Shown: one piece after another, positions 1 to 9,667 of the stretch
Layout: each line of letters opens with the position of its first letter
Numbering within the stretch: the stretch's first letter is position 1
Assembly (NCBI GenBank): GCA_019119995.1
Contig: DWVY01000001.1
Span: 3,472 to 67,471 of the forward strand
Length of the DNA stretch: 64,000 nt
DNA from: Candidatus Mediterraneibacter faecavium
GTDB lineage: Bacteria; Bacillota; Clostridia; Lachnospirales; Lachnospiraceae
Direction: 5' to 3'
Made by a program: the position numbers and the translations under genes
The notes under the pieces: model-generated
What the model was told of the DNA's origin: nothing
Seen by the model: the letters and a program-made list of their open reading frames with translations, nothing else
The model's database searches: none

Positions 1-53
1 TTTGTCGTGCTGGCGTGTCAGTTCATCGGAATCTTCTTATAAACAGTTCGGCC

Positions 54-125
54 TGCGGCTTTGCGAATGGCGAGGACCGAACGGACGGATAGAGGGCGGG
101 CGCCTGTGAATGACGCTGCCCGAAC
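54..125 (-). repeat. Two degenerate copies of the dispersed GTTC..GCGCCATTCGYAAA.CCGCA repeat core
   Basis: Reverse complement of 54-82 is GTTCGGTCCTCGCCATTCGCAAAGCCGCA and of 105-125 is GTTCGGGCAGCGTCATTCACA; both resemble the copies at 1867-1895, 10662-10690 and 10721-10748. Confidence 0.6.
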
Positions 126-209
126 GGAAAATAAAACACAGATATTAGGCTGTCCGAACGGGCAGCCTGAAAAATATCAACTTTAAAAACAGGAAAGGAG
201 TTGACTTCC

Positions 210-1052
210 ATGCGTGAAATCAATGTAAGTACACTCACCGATGTGATCGAGAGACTCTGCATCGATGCCAACAACCATCTCCCGGGAGATGTAAAATGTG
301 CCATCCGCGACTGCCGTGCCTGTGAGGACGGAGAGATCGCCCAGGGCGTCCTGGACAACATCATCGAGAATTTCGAGATCGCTGACAGCGAGAATGTACC
401 GATCTGTCAGGATACCGGAATGGCATGCGTATTCCTTGAGATCGGTCAGGATGTACATCTTGTAGGCGGAGACCTGAGAGAGGCTGTAGACGAGGGTGTA
501 CGCCGCGGATATACAAACGGCTATCTGAGAAAGTCTGTTGTAAAGGATCCGGTGCGCCGCGGAAATACCGGCGACAATACACCGGCTATGCTCTACACGG
601 AGATTGTGCCGGGCGAGAACATCAAGGTTACAGTAGGACCGAAAGGCTTCGGAAGCGAGAACATGAGCCAGATCCGTATGTTCAAGCCGTCAGCAGGCCT
701 TCAGGGGATCAAAGATTTCATCATCGAGGCTGTAGAGACGGCAGGCCCGAACCCGTGTCCGCCTATGGTAGTGGGCGTCGGCATCGGCGGAACATTTGAC
801 AAATGTGCGCTTCTGGCAAAGAAAGCGCTCATGAGACCGCTCGATTCTTCGAATCCGGATCCGTTCTATGCAGATCTTGAGAAAGAGATGCTGGAGAAGA
901 TCAATGAACTGGGCATCGGACCTCAGGGATTCGGCGGAAAGACGACGGCGATCGGACTCAATATTGAGACTATGCCGACACATATCGCAGGAATGCCCTG
1001 CGCGGTCAATATCAACTGTCATGTGACACGCCACAAATCGGAGGTGATATAA
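210..1052 (+). CDS. Class I fumarate hydratase / tartrate dehydratase, alpha subunit (Fe-S hydro-lyase)
   Basis: PICQDTG, KGFGSEN, NPCPP and INCHVTRH motifs; AGGAG RBS before ATG 210. Confidence 0.93.
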   Translation: MREINVSTLTDVIERLCIDANNHLPGDVKCAIRDCRACEDGEIAQGVLDNIIENFEIADSENVPICQDTGMACVFLEIGQDVHLVGGDLREAVDEGVRRGYTNGYLRKSVVKDPVRRGNTGDNTPAMLYTEIVPGENIKVTVGPKGFGSENMSQIRMFKPSAGLQGIKDFIIEAVETAGPNPCPPMVVGVGIGGTFDKCALLAKKALMRPLDSSNPDPFYADLEKEMLEKINELGIGPQGFGGKTTAIGLNIETMPTHIAGMPCAVNINCHVTRHKSEVI

Positions 1053-1610
1053 ATGGCAAGAAAGATTACATTACCACTCACAGAGGAACTTGCTAAAACA
1101 CTCCATGCGGGAGATCAGCTTCTCCTGACAGGAACGATCTACACATCCCGTGACGCCGGACACAAGAGAATGTGCGAGGCGCTTGCAAAAGGAGAGGACA
1201 TCCCGTTCGATCCGAAGGATGCGACGATCTACTATGTAGGACCGACTCCGGCGAAACCGGGACAGGTGATCGGAAGCGCAGGCCCGACGACCAGCGGCCG
1301 TATGGACGCTTATGCACCGACTATGATGTCTGTCGGCGCACGCGGGATGATCGGAAAAGGCGCGCGCCTTCCGGAAGTGGTAGAGGCTATGAAGAAGTAC
1401 AGCGGCGTTTACTTCGGTGCGATCGGAGGAGCGGGAGCACTGCTCGCAAAATGCATCAAGAAAGCTGAACTGATCGCTTACGAAGATCTCGGGGCAGAGG
1501 CTCTGAGGAAGCTCTATGTAGAGGATATGCCGGTCGTTGTTATCATCGACAGTGAGGGGAATAACCTTTACGAAGAGGGAAGAAAGGCTTACCTTGAGTC
1601 TAAGAAATAA
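1053..1610 (+). CDS. Class I fumarate hydratase / tartrate dehydratase, beta subunit
   Basis: RDAGHKR, GPTTSGRMD, MIGKG and DLGAEA motifs; abuts the alpha subunit. Confidence 0.93.
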   Translation: MARKITLPLTEELAKTLHAGDQLLLTGTIYTSRDAGHKRMCEALAKGEDIPFDPKDATIYYVGPTPAKPGQVIGSAGPTTSGRMDAYAPTMMSVGARGMIGKGARLPEVVEAMKKYSGVYFGAIGGAGALLAKCIKKAELIAYEDLGAEALRKLYVEDMPVVVIIDSEGNNLYEEGRKAYLESKK

Positions 1611-1633
1611 TTGACGGAGATAAAAAATAATCC

Positions 1634-1764
1634 GCCGGGATATAAGTGCCATTTTCAGACGCGCTTGCGCTCGGGCCGCAACATAGCAGTACATAAGGCT
1701 GCAAAGGACGCAGCCTAAGTGCTGATGTTGCTCTACGGTCTTCAAATGACACTTATATCCCGGC
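1634..1764. repeat. About 130-bp palindromic element with 21-bp terminal inverted repeats; probably also a terminator
   Basis: GCCGGGATATAAGTGCCATTT / AAATGACACTTATATCCCGGC (20 of 21 paired); nested GCAACAT..AGGCTGC/GCAGCCT..ATGTTGC; followed by a T-tract. Confidence 0.75.
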
Positions 1765-1800
1765 TGCTTTTTTGTCTCCGGTAAGTTGGCGTTCCGGCAG

Positions 1801-1895
1801 GCAGTCGGATGAGGTGAGCGCCCGTCAATGAGTAAAACAGCGGAGACAGGCGCAATAAGCATGCAGTGTGGTTTTACGAATGGCGCGGGTTGAAC
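1801..1895 (-). repeat. About 95-bp dispersed structured repeat, inverted copy of 10721-10812
   Basis: Reverse complement aligns co-linearly with 10721-10812. Confidence 0.8.
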
Positions 1896-1911
1896 TGTTA
1901 CTTTTTGGTTA

Positions 1912-1950
1912 CTTTTTAGTCGTTTTAGTCGTTGGTTTTTAGTCGTTTTT
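1912..1950. repeat. Short tandem repeat (TTTTAGTCG x3)
   Basis: ttttagtcg-ttttagtcg-ttggtt-ttttagtcg read directly. Confidence 0.6.
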
Positions 1951-2188
1951 TAAGTGTTTGTCTGGCAATTCTTGTCTGGCTGTGTTATCATATGGAAAAG
2001 CATTATATTCCGGCATGTCTGATTCTTATGCAGTTTATGTAGCTGCATCCGCTATTCTAAAACATTCAGGAAGATCTCAATGCTTTTAATTCCCTATTAA
2101 CAGCAGAGAGATTTGAGGATGAACTATTTATTATTAAGCCGGTTCAAACAGTCTCTTTGCACCATATTTAAAAGAGGAGGCTGTGTTT

Positions 2189-3085
2189 ATGACAAATACC
2201 AACACAACAGAAACATTAACTGTCAACCGGACGTTCAAGTCCACTGTATTTATCATGCTGTTCGAGGATCGGAAGAATCTGCTGGAATTGTATAATGCAA
2301 TAACAGGCAAAGATTACGCGGATCCGGAACTTCTGGAGATCAACACACTGGAGAATGCGATCTATATGACAATGAAGAATGATCTTTCATTTCTTATTGA
2401 CGGCAGACTTTCACTGTATGAGCATCAGTCCACGAAAAACCCAAATCTTCCTTTGAGGTTTCTTCTTTATATTTCGCGCCTGTATTCAAAGATCATACGG
2501 GATGCAAACCTGTACGGGGAGAAAATAGTGCAGATTCCGGCGCCGGAGTTCATTATCTTTTATAACGGGAAGGAGAAAATGCCGGAACGTCAGACCTTGA
2601 AGCTTTCAGATATGTATACTGTGAAAAAGGGGAAACCAAAATTGGAACTGGAGGCAACAATGCTGAATATTTCCGGAAGCAATAACCGGAAACTGAAAGA
2701 AGCATGCAGGACATTGAAAGATTATGCCATATATACTGACAAGATCCGGATGTACACAGAATCGATGGAACTTCAGGAGGCTGTGGACCGCGCCATAGAT
2801 GAGTGTATCAGAGAGAATGTACTGCGGGAATTCCTGCAAAAACACAGAGCGGAGGCGAGAGAGATGAGCATATTCGAATATGATCAAGAGAGACATATGC
2901 AGCAAGAGCGCGAAGCCGGAAGGGAAGAAGGAAGATTGCAGATGCTGCAGGAACTGATACAGAAGAAACTGGCCAGAGGCAGGAGCATTACTGAGATATC
3001 AGAAGATCTGGAAGAACCTGAGGAGCGGATCAGGGAAATAATCGGCGGAATCCAAAGCGATGAAAAAGAACAATCTATAGAGTAA
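2189..3085 (+). CDS. Rpn-family (YhgA-like) PD-(D/E)xK nuclease / putative transposase
   Basis: KNDLSF...LYEHQS catalytic-type motif, NPNLPLRFLLY, FYNG, charged C-terminal EAGREEG helix; GAGGAGG RBS before ATG 2189. Confidence 0.75.
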   Translation: MTNTNTTETLTVNRTFKSTVFIMLFEDRKNLLELYNAITGKDYADPELLEINTLENAIYMTMKNDLSFLIDGRLSLYEHQSTKNPNLPLRFLLYISRLYSKIIRDANLYGEKIVQIPAPEFIIFYNGKEKMPERQTLKLSDMYTVKKGKPKLELEATMLNISGSNNRKLKEACRTLKDYAIYTDKIRMYTESMELQEAVDRAIDECIRENVLREFLQKHRAEAREMSIFEYDQERHMQQEREAGREEGRLQMLQELIQKKLARGRSITEISEDLEEPEERIREIIGGIQSDEKEQSIE

Positions 3086-3145
3086 GGTTGTGGCAAAAAT
3101 ACCGTATGTACATACGGTAAGCTCTGAGTCGTGGCAAACAGAGAA

Positions 3146-3201
3146 AAAGACATCCGGAACTGCAGTGAGAAATGTTACACGGCAGTTCTGTGGATGTCTT
3201 T
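3146..3201. terminator. Bidirectional hairpin terminator between the convergent Rpn gene and galT
   Basis: AAAGACATCC-GGAACTGC ... GCAGTTCTGT-GGATGTCTTT inverted repeat. Confidence 0.65.
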
Positions 3202-3232
3202 ATTATTCCAGATAGGCGGTCTTTCTATGATA

Positions 3233-4723
3233 CTATAACACTTCGATAAAGCGGCGGAATGCTTTCAGTCCTTCTTCCGTGCACTTGTACACGCCGGCGT
3301 CTTCGAGTACCTGGCAGAAGACTTTTCCGACTTCCTGCTCAAGGATGTGCTCGATGTTCTCAGCGTTCACATCCGTATAGGACGGCAGGAATTCTTCTAC
3401 CCAGTCCGCGTGCTTCTCGATCTGCTCATTGCTGCGGATATCTTTTCCCTCAAGGATGTATTCTTTCAGAAGTTCCATCTCGCCTTTCAGACGGGCCGGA
3501 AGTACGGCAAGTCCCATGACTTCGATCAGTCCGATGTTTTCCTTTTTGATGTGGTGCAGCTTTGCGTGCGGATGGTAAACGCCCAGCGGGTGCTCCTCGG
3601 TCGTGATATTGTTCCGGAGCGTCAGATCCAGCTCATACAGGCCGTCTTTCATACGTGCGATCGGCGTGATCGTATTGTGCGGTGTTCCGTCGGTCTCTGC
3701 GAAGATAAATGCATCCTCGTCTGTGTAGGAACGCCATTTGCCGAGGATATGGTCTGCAAGGTCGATGATGCGCTCCGTGTCTTTGCCGCGAAGCCTGATG
3801 ACGGACAGCGGCCATTTTACGATGCCGGCCTCTACGTCCTCATAGCCGGCTACCGTAAAGTTTTCGATAACCGGAGCCTTTGCCATCGCAAATGTGTAAT
3901 GTCCTCCCTGGAAGTGGTCGTGGCTTAAGATGGAACCGCCTACGATCGGAAGGTCTGCGTTGGAACCGAGGAAGTAGTGCGGGAACAGTTTGATGAAGTC
4001 AAACAGCTTGGCAAATGCGCTGCGGTCGATCTTCATCGGGATGTGCTCTCCGTTAAACACGATACAGTGCTCGTTGTAATAGACGTAAGGAGAGTACTGG
4101 AAGCCCCATTTCTTTCCCTGGACCGTGATCGGGATGATGCGGTGGTTCTCACGCGCCGGGTGATTCACACGTCCGGCGTAGCCTTCGTTCTCCATGCAGA
4201 GCTGGCATTTCGGATAAGAAGATGACTTTGCTGCTCCGGCGGCTGCGATAGCCTTCGGATCTTTCTCCGGTTTGGAGAGGTTGATCGTGATGTCCAGAGT
4301 GCCGTACTGTGTATCTACCGTCCATTTGCGGTCGCGTGCAATGCGGTCGCGGCGGATGTAGTTGGTATCCTGGCTGAACTTGTAGTAGTAGGCTGTTGCG
4401 TCTTCCGGAGATTTAGCATATTGATTCCAGAATTTCTCCTGAACCTGCGCCGGACGCGGCACGAGGCAGTTCATAAGCTTCGTGTCGAACAGATCGCGGT
4501 ATGTAATGCTGTCCTCGATAATACCGCGCTTTACGGCCTCGTCGAGCAGATCTTCCAGAACGTCCGCAAGAACGATGTTGTCCAGATCACAGGGCACGTC
4601 CTCGTAATCATCCTCATGCATCAAGTCGAGCAGAAGATTCGTCGTATAGATCCTTTCACTTTCAGGTGTCAGGCCGGTGTTGATCCCGTACTGTACCAGT
4701 TTCTTGATTGATTCATAGATCAT
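3233..4723 (-). CDS. galT: Galactose-1-phosphate uridylyltransferase (class II)
   Basis: TINLSKPEKDPK, YPKCQLC, YSPYVYYNEH, GGSILSHDHFQGG, HHIKKENIGLIEVMG. Confidence 0.95.
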   Translation of the reverse strand: MIYESIKKLVQYGINTGLTPESERIYTTNLLLDLMHEDDYEDVPCDLDNIVLADVLEDLLDEAVKRGIIEDSITYRDLFDTKLMNCLVPRPAQVQEKFWNQYAKSPEDATAYYYKFSQDTNYIRRDRIARDRKWTVDTQYGTLDITINLSKPEKDPKAIAAAGAAKSSSYPKCQLCMENEGYAGRVNHPARENHRIIPITVQGKKWGFQYSPYVYYNEHCIVFNGEHIPMKIDRSAFAKLFDFIKLFPHYFLGSNADLPIVGGSILSHDHFQGGHYTFAMAKAPVIENFTVAGYEDVEAGIVKWPLSVIRLRGKDTERIIDLADHILGKWRSYTDEDAFIFAETDGTPHNTITPIARMKDGLYELDLTLRNNITTEEHPLGVYHPHAKLHHIKKENIGLIEVMGLAVLPARLKGEMELLKEYILEGKDIRSNEQIEKHADWVEEFLPSYTDVNAENIEHILEQEVGKVFCQVLEDAGVYKCTEEGLKAFRRFIEVL

Positions 4724-4798
4724 GGCTGATTTCTCCTTTCATAAGGCAAGCGGCCCTGCCCGTCTGTAATGGCAGAGCAGCTCACGAAAATACAGATT

Positions 4799-5974
4799 TT
4801 AGTCGATGCGGGAAGCTCCGTCTCCGATATCTACGGTATAAAATTCAGCCTCATGTCCGACTTTCTCTTTATATACCTTTCCGATATCATTGATGAATGT
4901 GTCTACAGCGTCATTTTTAACGATGCTTACCGTACATCCGCCGAATCCGCCTCCGGTGATACGGGAGCCGATGACGCCCGGGATCTTCCATGCGAGGTCG
5001 ACTAAGATGTCGATCTCTTCGCAGGATACTTCATAGTCGTCGCGCAGAGAAATGTGGGACTGGTTCATAAGCTGACCGAATTTGTTGATATCCCCGTCTC
5101 TTAAAGCAGCTACGGCGTCGATCGTGCGCTGGTTCTCGTATACTGCGTGTTTTGCGCGTTTGAGCTGCACGGGATCCGTGATGAGCTCTTTATTGGCCTC
5201 GAATTCCTCCGGAGTGAGGTCGCCGAGGGCATTGATGTCCAGCTTTGTTTTCAGCGCTGCGAGAGCGTCCGTACACTCCTGGCGTCTGTCATTGTAGGCG
5301 GAATCCACAAGGCTGTGTTTTACCTTGCTGTTGGTGATCACGATCTTAGCGTCCTCGAGGTGGATCGGGGCGTACTCGTATTTCATCGTGTTCGTATCAA
5401 GGAAGATCGCGTTGTCCTTCTTCCCCATGGCAACGGCAAACTGATCCATGATACCGCAGTTACAGCCGTTGAAGTTATTCTCTGAATACTGGCCGATCAG
5501 GGCAAGATCCGTCATCGTCAGGTCTGTGATGCCGTACAGGTCAGTCAGGATCACTCCGGTGAGCACTTCCAGCGATGCGGAAGAGGAGAGACCCGAGCCG
5601 TTCGGGATATTTCCCCAGATGACCATGTCAAAACCAGTATCCAGTTTGTGGCCTTTTTCTGCAAAAGCCCATACGACGCCGAGCGGATAGTTGGCCCAGT
5701 TGTATTCTTTCTTATTCGTCAGATCGTCGAGAGAAGCCTCGACCACATCGAATTTGTCAAGATTCATAGAATAAAAATGTAACATGCGGTCATCACGTTT
5801 CCTTGCGACACCGTATGTACCCATTGTAAGTGCGCAGGGAAATACATGTCCGCCGTTGTAGTCTGTATGTTCTCCGATCAGATTGACACGGCCCGGCGAA
5901 AAATAAAAGCGGGCTCCGTCGGAATTTCCGAAAAGTTCTGCGAATTTGTCAAAAAGTTTCTGTTTCATCCTCAT
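4799..5974 (-). CDS. galK: Galactokinase
   Basis: PGRVNLIGEHTDYNGG, PNGSGLSSSAS, CGIMDQF, GSRITGGGFGGC. Confidence 0.96.
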   Translation of the reverse strand: MRMKQKLFDKFAELFGNSDGARFYFSPGRVNLIGEHTDYNGGHVFPCALTMGTYGVARKRDDRMLHFYSMNLDKFDVVEASLDDLTNKKEYNWANYPLGVVWAFAEKGHKLDTGFDMVIWGNIPNGSGLSSSASLEVLTGVILTDLYGITDLTMTDLALIGQYSENNFNGCNCGIMDQFAVAMGKKDNAIFLDTNTMKYEYAPIHLEDAKIVITNSKVKHSLVDSAYNDRRQECTDALAALKTKLDINALGDLTPEEFEANKELITDPVQLKRAKHAVYENQRTIDAVAALRDGDINKFGQLMNQSHISLRDDYEVSCEEIDILVDLAWKIPGVIGSRITGGGFGGCTVSIVKNDAVDTFINDIGKVYKEKVGHEAEFYTVDIGDGASRID

Positions 5975-6196
5975 GATCCTCCTCAGTCTTGAATAAATGT
6001 GAATCAGGTTCTTTCTGTTATCAGTATAATCATATATGTGTTTCCACGTCTATAAAAATTACGTGCAAATTTATGTAAAAATGTTGCGCGAAAGATAAGA
6101 GTGATATTATAATATCCATTGCAGCGGTCAAGCGTACAAGCCGGCATGCCGCCCGGCTTTGCCGTTCGCGGGAATAAACATAAAGGCGGTAATGCT

Positions 6197-7036
6197 ATGT
6201 CAGATTCATATAAATATTCATATAAAATGGGAGAGGATTTCCTGAATTCCCTGTCTGTCTACAATGTGGGATATCAGAAATGTGAGCCGGAATATCAGTG
6301 GGGGCCGGGAATCCGCGATCATTACTGTATCCATCACATCCTTTCGGGGAGCGGTGTGTATACGACGGGAAAAGTATCGGTCCGACTGAGCGCGGGGGAC
6401 ACATTTATCCTCTTCCCGGGCGTTGAACTTCAGTATCAGGCGGATAAAGAGGAGCCGTGGGAATACTGTTGGGCCGGATTTATGGGGACAGACGCTGCAT
6501 CTATAATAAGAAATACCGGATTCAGCAAGGAGCTGCCGTATATTTTGAAAGGAAAGATCCCGGATGAGAAGATAAGGAACGGGCTGGAGGAAATCTACCG
6601 GAATAAGGGAAATACGTATGAGTCTTCGGTGGCAATGACAGGAAGCCTGTACAGCCTTCTTGCAGTCTTCATGCATTATGCAGATAAAAACGAGCCGGAA
6701 AAAGATTCCCATGTGATGTATGTGGAGAAAGCGATGAATTATATCGAGACGAATTATTCTTATCCGATCACTGTCGAGGATATCGCGCACTATGTAGGGA
6801 TCAGCAGGAGCCACCTGTTCCGGTCTTTTCAGAATTATATGAGCAGATCGCCCAAAGACTATCTGTCCGGATACCGGATCCGGCAGGCGTGCAGGCTTTT
6901 GAGAGAGACAGACCTTTCTGTGTCAACGATCGCTTATTCCGTGGGCTTTGAGAATAACCTGTATTTCTCAAAAGCATTCCGGAAGCAGAAGGGAATGAGC
7001 CCTTCGGAATACAGGCAGGCGAAAAAAGGAAAATAA
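6197..7036 (+). CDS. AraC-family regulator divergent from galKT
   Basis: N-terminal cupin (WGPGIRDHYCIH) and C-terminal HTH (IAYSVGFENNLYFSKAFRK). Confidence 0.9.
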   Translation: MSDSYKYSYKMGEDFLNSLSVYNVGYQKCEPEYQWGPGIRDHYCIHHILSGSGVYTTGKVSVRLSAGDTFILFPGVELQYQADKEEPWEYCWAGFMGTDAASIIRNTGFSKELPYILKGKIPDEKIRNGLEEIYRNKGNTYESSVAMTGSLYSLLAVFMHYADKNEPEKDSHVMYVEKAMNYIETNYSYPITVEDIAHYVGISRSHLFRSFQNYMSRSPKDYLSGYRIRQACRLLRETDLSVSTIAYSVGFENNLYFSKAFRKQKGMSPSEYRQAKKGK

Positions 7037-7046
7037 GGAGACAAAA

Positions 7047-7820
7047 ATGGTAAATCAATATTCAAGGACAGAACTTCTGATCGGCGCGGAGGGGATGGAG
7101 CTGTTGAAAGGGTCTTCTGTCATGGTGTTTGGCGTGGGCGGTGTCGGTTCCCACTGTATCGAAGCGCTGGCGCGCAGCGGGATCGGTAAACTGATCCTGA
7201 TCGATAACGACACGGTATCGCTGACGAATATCAACCGGCAGTCCATCGCTTACCACAGTACTGTCGGACAGTTTAAAACATTGGTCATGAAAGAGCGGAT
7301 CCGGGATATCGACCCATCGATCAATGTAAAAACATACGAGACATTTGTGCTGCCTGAGAACCTGGGGCGTCTTCTGGATCAGGAAGAAGAAACAGGGGCA
7401 GGGAAGATCGATTATATCGTGGATGCCATTGACACGGTAAGTGCCAAGCTCGCTCTTGCGGAAGAAGCGCAGAGAAGGGGGATACGGCTGATCAGCAGTA
7501 TGGGTACGGGAAATAAGCTGCACCCGGAGCTGTTCGAGATCGATGACCTGTCAAAGACAAGTGTGTGTCCGCTCTGCCGGGTTATGCGAAGAGAACTCAA
7601 ACAGAGGGGGATACAGCATCTGAAAGTGCTGTATTCAAAAGAGAAACCAGTCGATACAGGCGGGAGAGAAACGGGGGAGGAGCCGGGCGTGAGAAGATCC
7701 ATTCCGGGCAGCATCTCATTTGTCCCGCCGACGGCAGGACTTCTGATCGCCGGCGAGGTGATCCGTGAACTGGCAGGATTGGATGAAAGTTCGGATCGAC
7801 CAGGAGCGGATAAGGTCTGA
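7047..7820 (+). CDS. tcdA: tRNA threonylcarbamoyladenosine dehydratase (ThiF family)
   Basis: GVGGVGS, TNINRQ, DAID, SSMGTGNK, CPLCRVMRRELK. Confidence 0.85.
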   Translation: MVNQYSRTELLIGAEGMELLKGSSVMVFGVGGVGSHCIEALARSGIGKLILIDNDTVSLTNINRQSIAYHSTVGQFKTLVMKERIRDIDPSINVKTYETFVLPENLGRLLDQEEETGAGKIDYIVDAIDTVSAKLALAEEAQRRGIRLISSMGTGNKLHPELFEIDDLSKTSVCPLCRVMRRELKQRGIQHLKVLYSKEKPVDTGGRETGEEPGVRRSIPGSISFVPPTAGLLIAGEVIRELAGLDESSDRPGADKV

Positions 7821-7861
7821 AGCAATACGGAAAATACGATGCGGAAAGGAAAAATGATAGA

Positions 7862-9178
7862 ATGGATCTGTTTGATTATATGAGAGAGACAAATAAGGAG
7901 AAAGAATCGCCGCTGGCGTCGAGGATGCGCCCCTCGACGCTGGATGAAGTGGTGGGACAGCAGCATATCATAGGGAAAGACAAACTGCTCTACCGGGCGA
8001 TCAAAGCGGACAAACTCAGTTCCGTTATCTTTTACGGCCCTCCGGGAACAGGAAAAACGACTCTGGCAAAGGTGATCGCCAATACGACCAGTGCACAGTT
8101 TAAGCAGATCAATGCAACAGTTGCCGGGAAAAAGGATATGGAAGAGGTTGTGAAAGAGGCGAAAGACCTGCAGGGGATGTACGGAAAGAAGACGATCCTG
8201 TTTATCGACGAGATCCACAGGTTCAACAAAGGACAGCAGGATTATCTTCTCCCGTTTGTGGAGGACGGGACCGTGATCCTGATCGGGGCGACGACAGAGA
8301 ATCCCTATTTCGAGGTGAACAGCGCCCTGATCTCCAGATCCAGTATCTTTGAGCTGAAACCGTTGGAGAAAGACGATATAAAGGTCCTCCTGCGAAGAGC
8401 TGTGGAAGACACGCAGAAAGGAATGGGCAGCTTTCATGCACAGATCGATGAGGATGCCCTGGACTTTCTGGCGGATATGGCAGGCGGAGATGCAAGAAAT
8501 GCGCTCAATGCCCTGGAGCTCGGCATCCTGACCACGGACCGGAGCGGGAACGGTATTATCCATATTACGGTGGAGGTCGCATCCGAATGTATCCAGAAAC
8601 GGGTCGTAAATTATGACAAACGGGGTGACAATCATTATGACATTATTTCCGCCTTTATCAAGAGCATGAGAGGATCGGATCCGGACGCGGCAGTCTATTA
8701 TCTGGCGAAAATGCTCTATGCAGGGGAAGATATCAAGTTTATCGCCCGCAGGATCATGATCTGTGCAGCGGAGGATGTGGGAAACGCGGATCCCATGGCA
8801 CTGACAGTCGCTGTCTCGGCAGCGCAGGCGGCGGAGCGCATCGGGATGCCGGAATCCCAGATCATCCTGTCTCAGGCGGTGACTTATGTCGCCTGTGCTC
8901 CGAAGAGCAATGCGGCGTGCAACGCGATATTTGCAGCAAATGAAGCTGTAAAAAAATACAGGACTACCGTGCCTGTACATCTCCAGGACGCCCACTACAA
9001 GGGCGCTGCGAAGCTCGGCCACGGGACAGGGTACAAGTACGCCCACGACTATCCGAACCATTATGTAAAGCAGCAGTACCTGCCTGACGAAATAAAAGAC
9101 GCCAGGTTTTACGAACCCGGCGATCTTGGATATGAAAAAACAATGAGTGAATATTTAAAGAAGATTCGTGAGGAGTAA
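7862..9178 (+). CDS. rarA: Replication-associated recombination protein A (MgsA)
   Basis: PLASRMRP, GPPGTGKTT, IDEIHRFNK, GATTENP, SAFIKSMRGSDPDAA. Confidence 0.95.
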   Translation: MDLFDYMRETNKEKESPLASRMRPSTLDEVVGQQHIIGKDKLLYRAIKADKLSSVIFYGPPGTGKTTLAKVIANTTSAQFKQINATVAGKKDMEEVVKEAKDLQGMYGKKTILFIDEIHRFNKGQQDYLLPFVEDGTVILIGATTENPYFEVNSALISRSSIFELKPLEKDDIKVLLRRAVEDTQKGMGSFHAQIDEDALDFLADMAGGDARNALNALELGILTTDRSGNGIIHITVEVASECIQKRVVNYDKRGDNHYDIISAFIKSMRGSDPDAAVYYLAKMLYAGEDIKFIARRIMICAAEDVGNADPMALTVAVSAAQAAERIGMPESQIILSQAVTYVACAPKSNAACNAIFAANEAVKKYRTTVPVHLQDAHYKGAAKLGHGTGYKYAHDYPNHYVKQQYLPDEIKDARFYEPGDLGYEKTMSEYLKKIREE

Positions 9179-9667
9179 GGTGTAGATCTCCTGACTCTTT
9201 GTATTCCAGTGACTTACGATGGCTTCAGCCTCTTTCTCGGTCGGAACGGTGAGTTTCAGATCGATCAGGCTGGAGCCGTTTTCTTCAATCTGACAGCGGA
9301 CTTCATATTCTCTGTTTGTATTTAAATAGTAATCAGATTTTACAGACGCCTCTTCTTTCAGATCGTACTGCTTTTCCCTTAGAAAATCATCGATGTCTTT
9401 CCGGATGGCAGGAGAGATCTTGTTGCTGAAATAAAGGATCGTCTCGGCCCCGTCTTCCGTCAGATGATAAAGTGTCCGGTTGTGCGTTGTCTCAGGCCGT
9501 ATAAGATCCGACTGGGTAAGGTCGGAGAGAGCTTCCTGGAGCTTGAAATAGGAAGTGTATCCTTTGTCCAGCACAAATTCTGATATCTGGGAAGTCGTCA
9601 GCGGGAAATCCACCTTGTTCAGCATGTATAGTATGATCAGTTTATATAGTGTAAATGTTTCAGCCAT
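9155..9667 (-). CDS. DUF4364-like winged-helix protein
   Basis: LYKLIILYMLNKVDFPLT pattern; 24-bp convergent overlap with rarA. Confidence 0.7.
   Translation of the reverse strand: MAETFTLYKLIILYMLNKVDFPLTTSQISEFVLDKGYTSYFKLQEALSDLTQSDLIRPETTHNRTLYHLTEDGAETILYFSNKISPAIRKDIDDFLREKQYDLKEEASVKSDYYLNTNREYEVRCQIEENGSSLIDLKLTVPTEKEAEAIVSHWNTKSQEIYTLLLTNLL

Noticed and set aside
2189-3085. Intact insertion sequence around the Rpn gene
   Set aside because: No matching terminal inverted repeats or target duplication bracket the gene
7412-9061. 549-aa minus-strand ORF
   Set aside because: Antisense shadow of rarA/tcdA with no recognisable motifs; expected from codon bias
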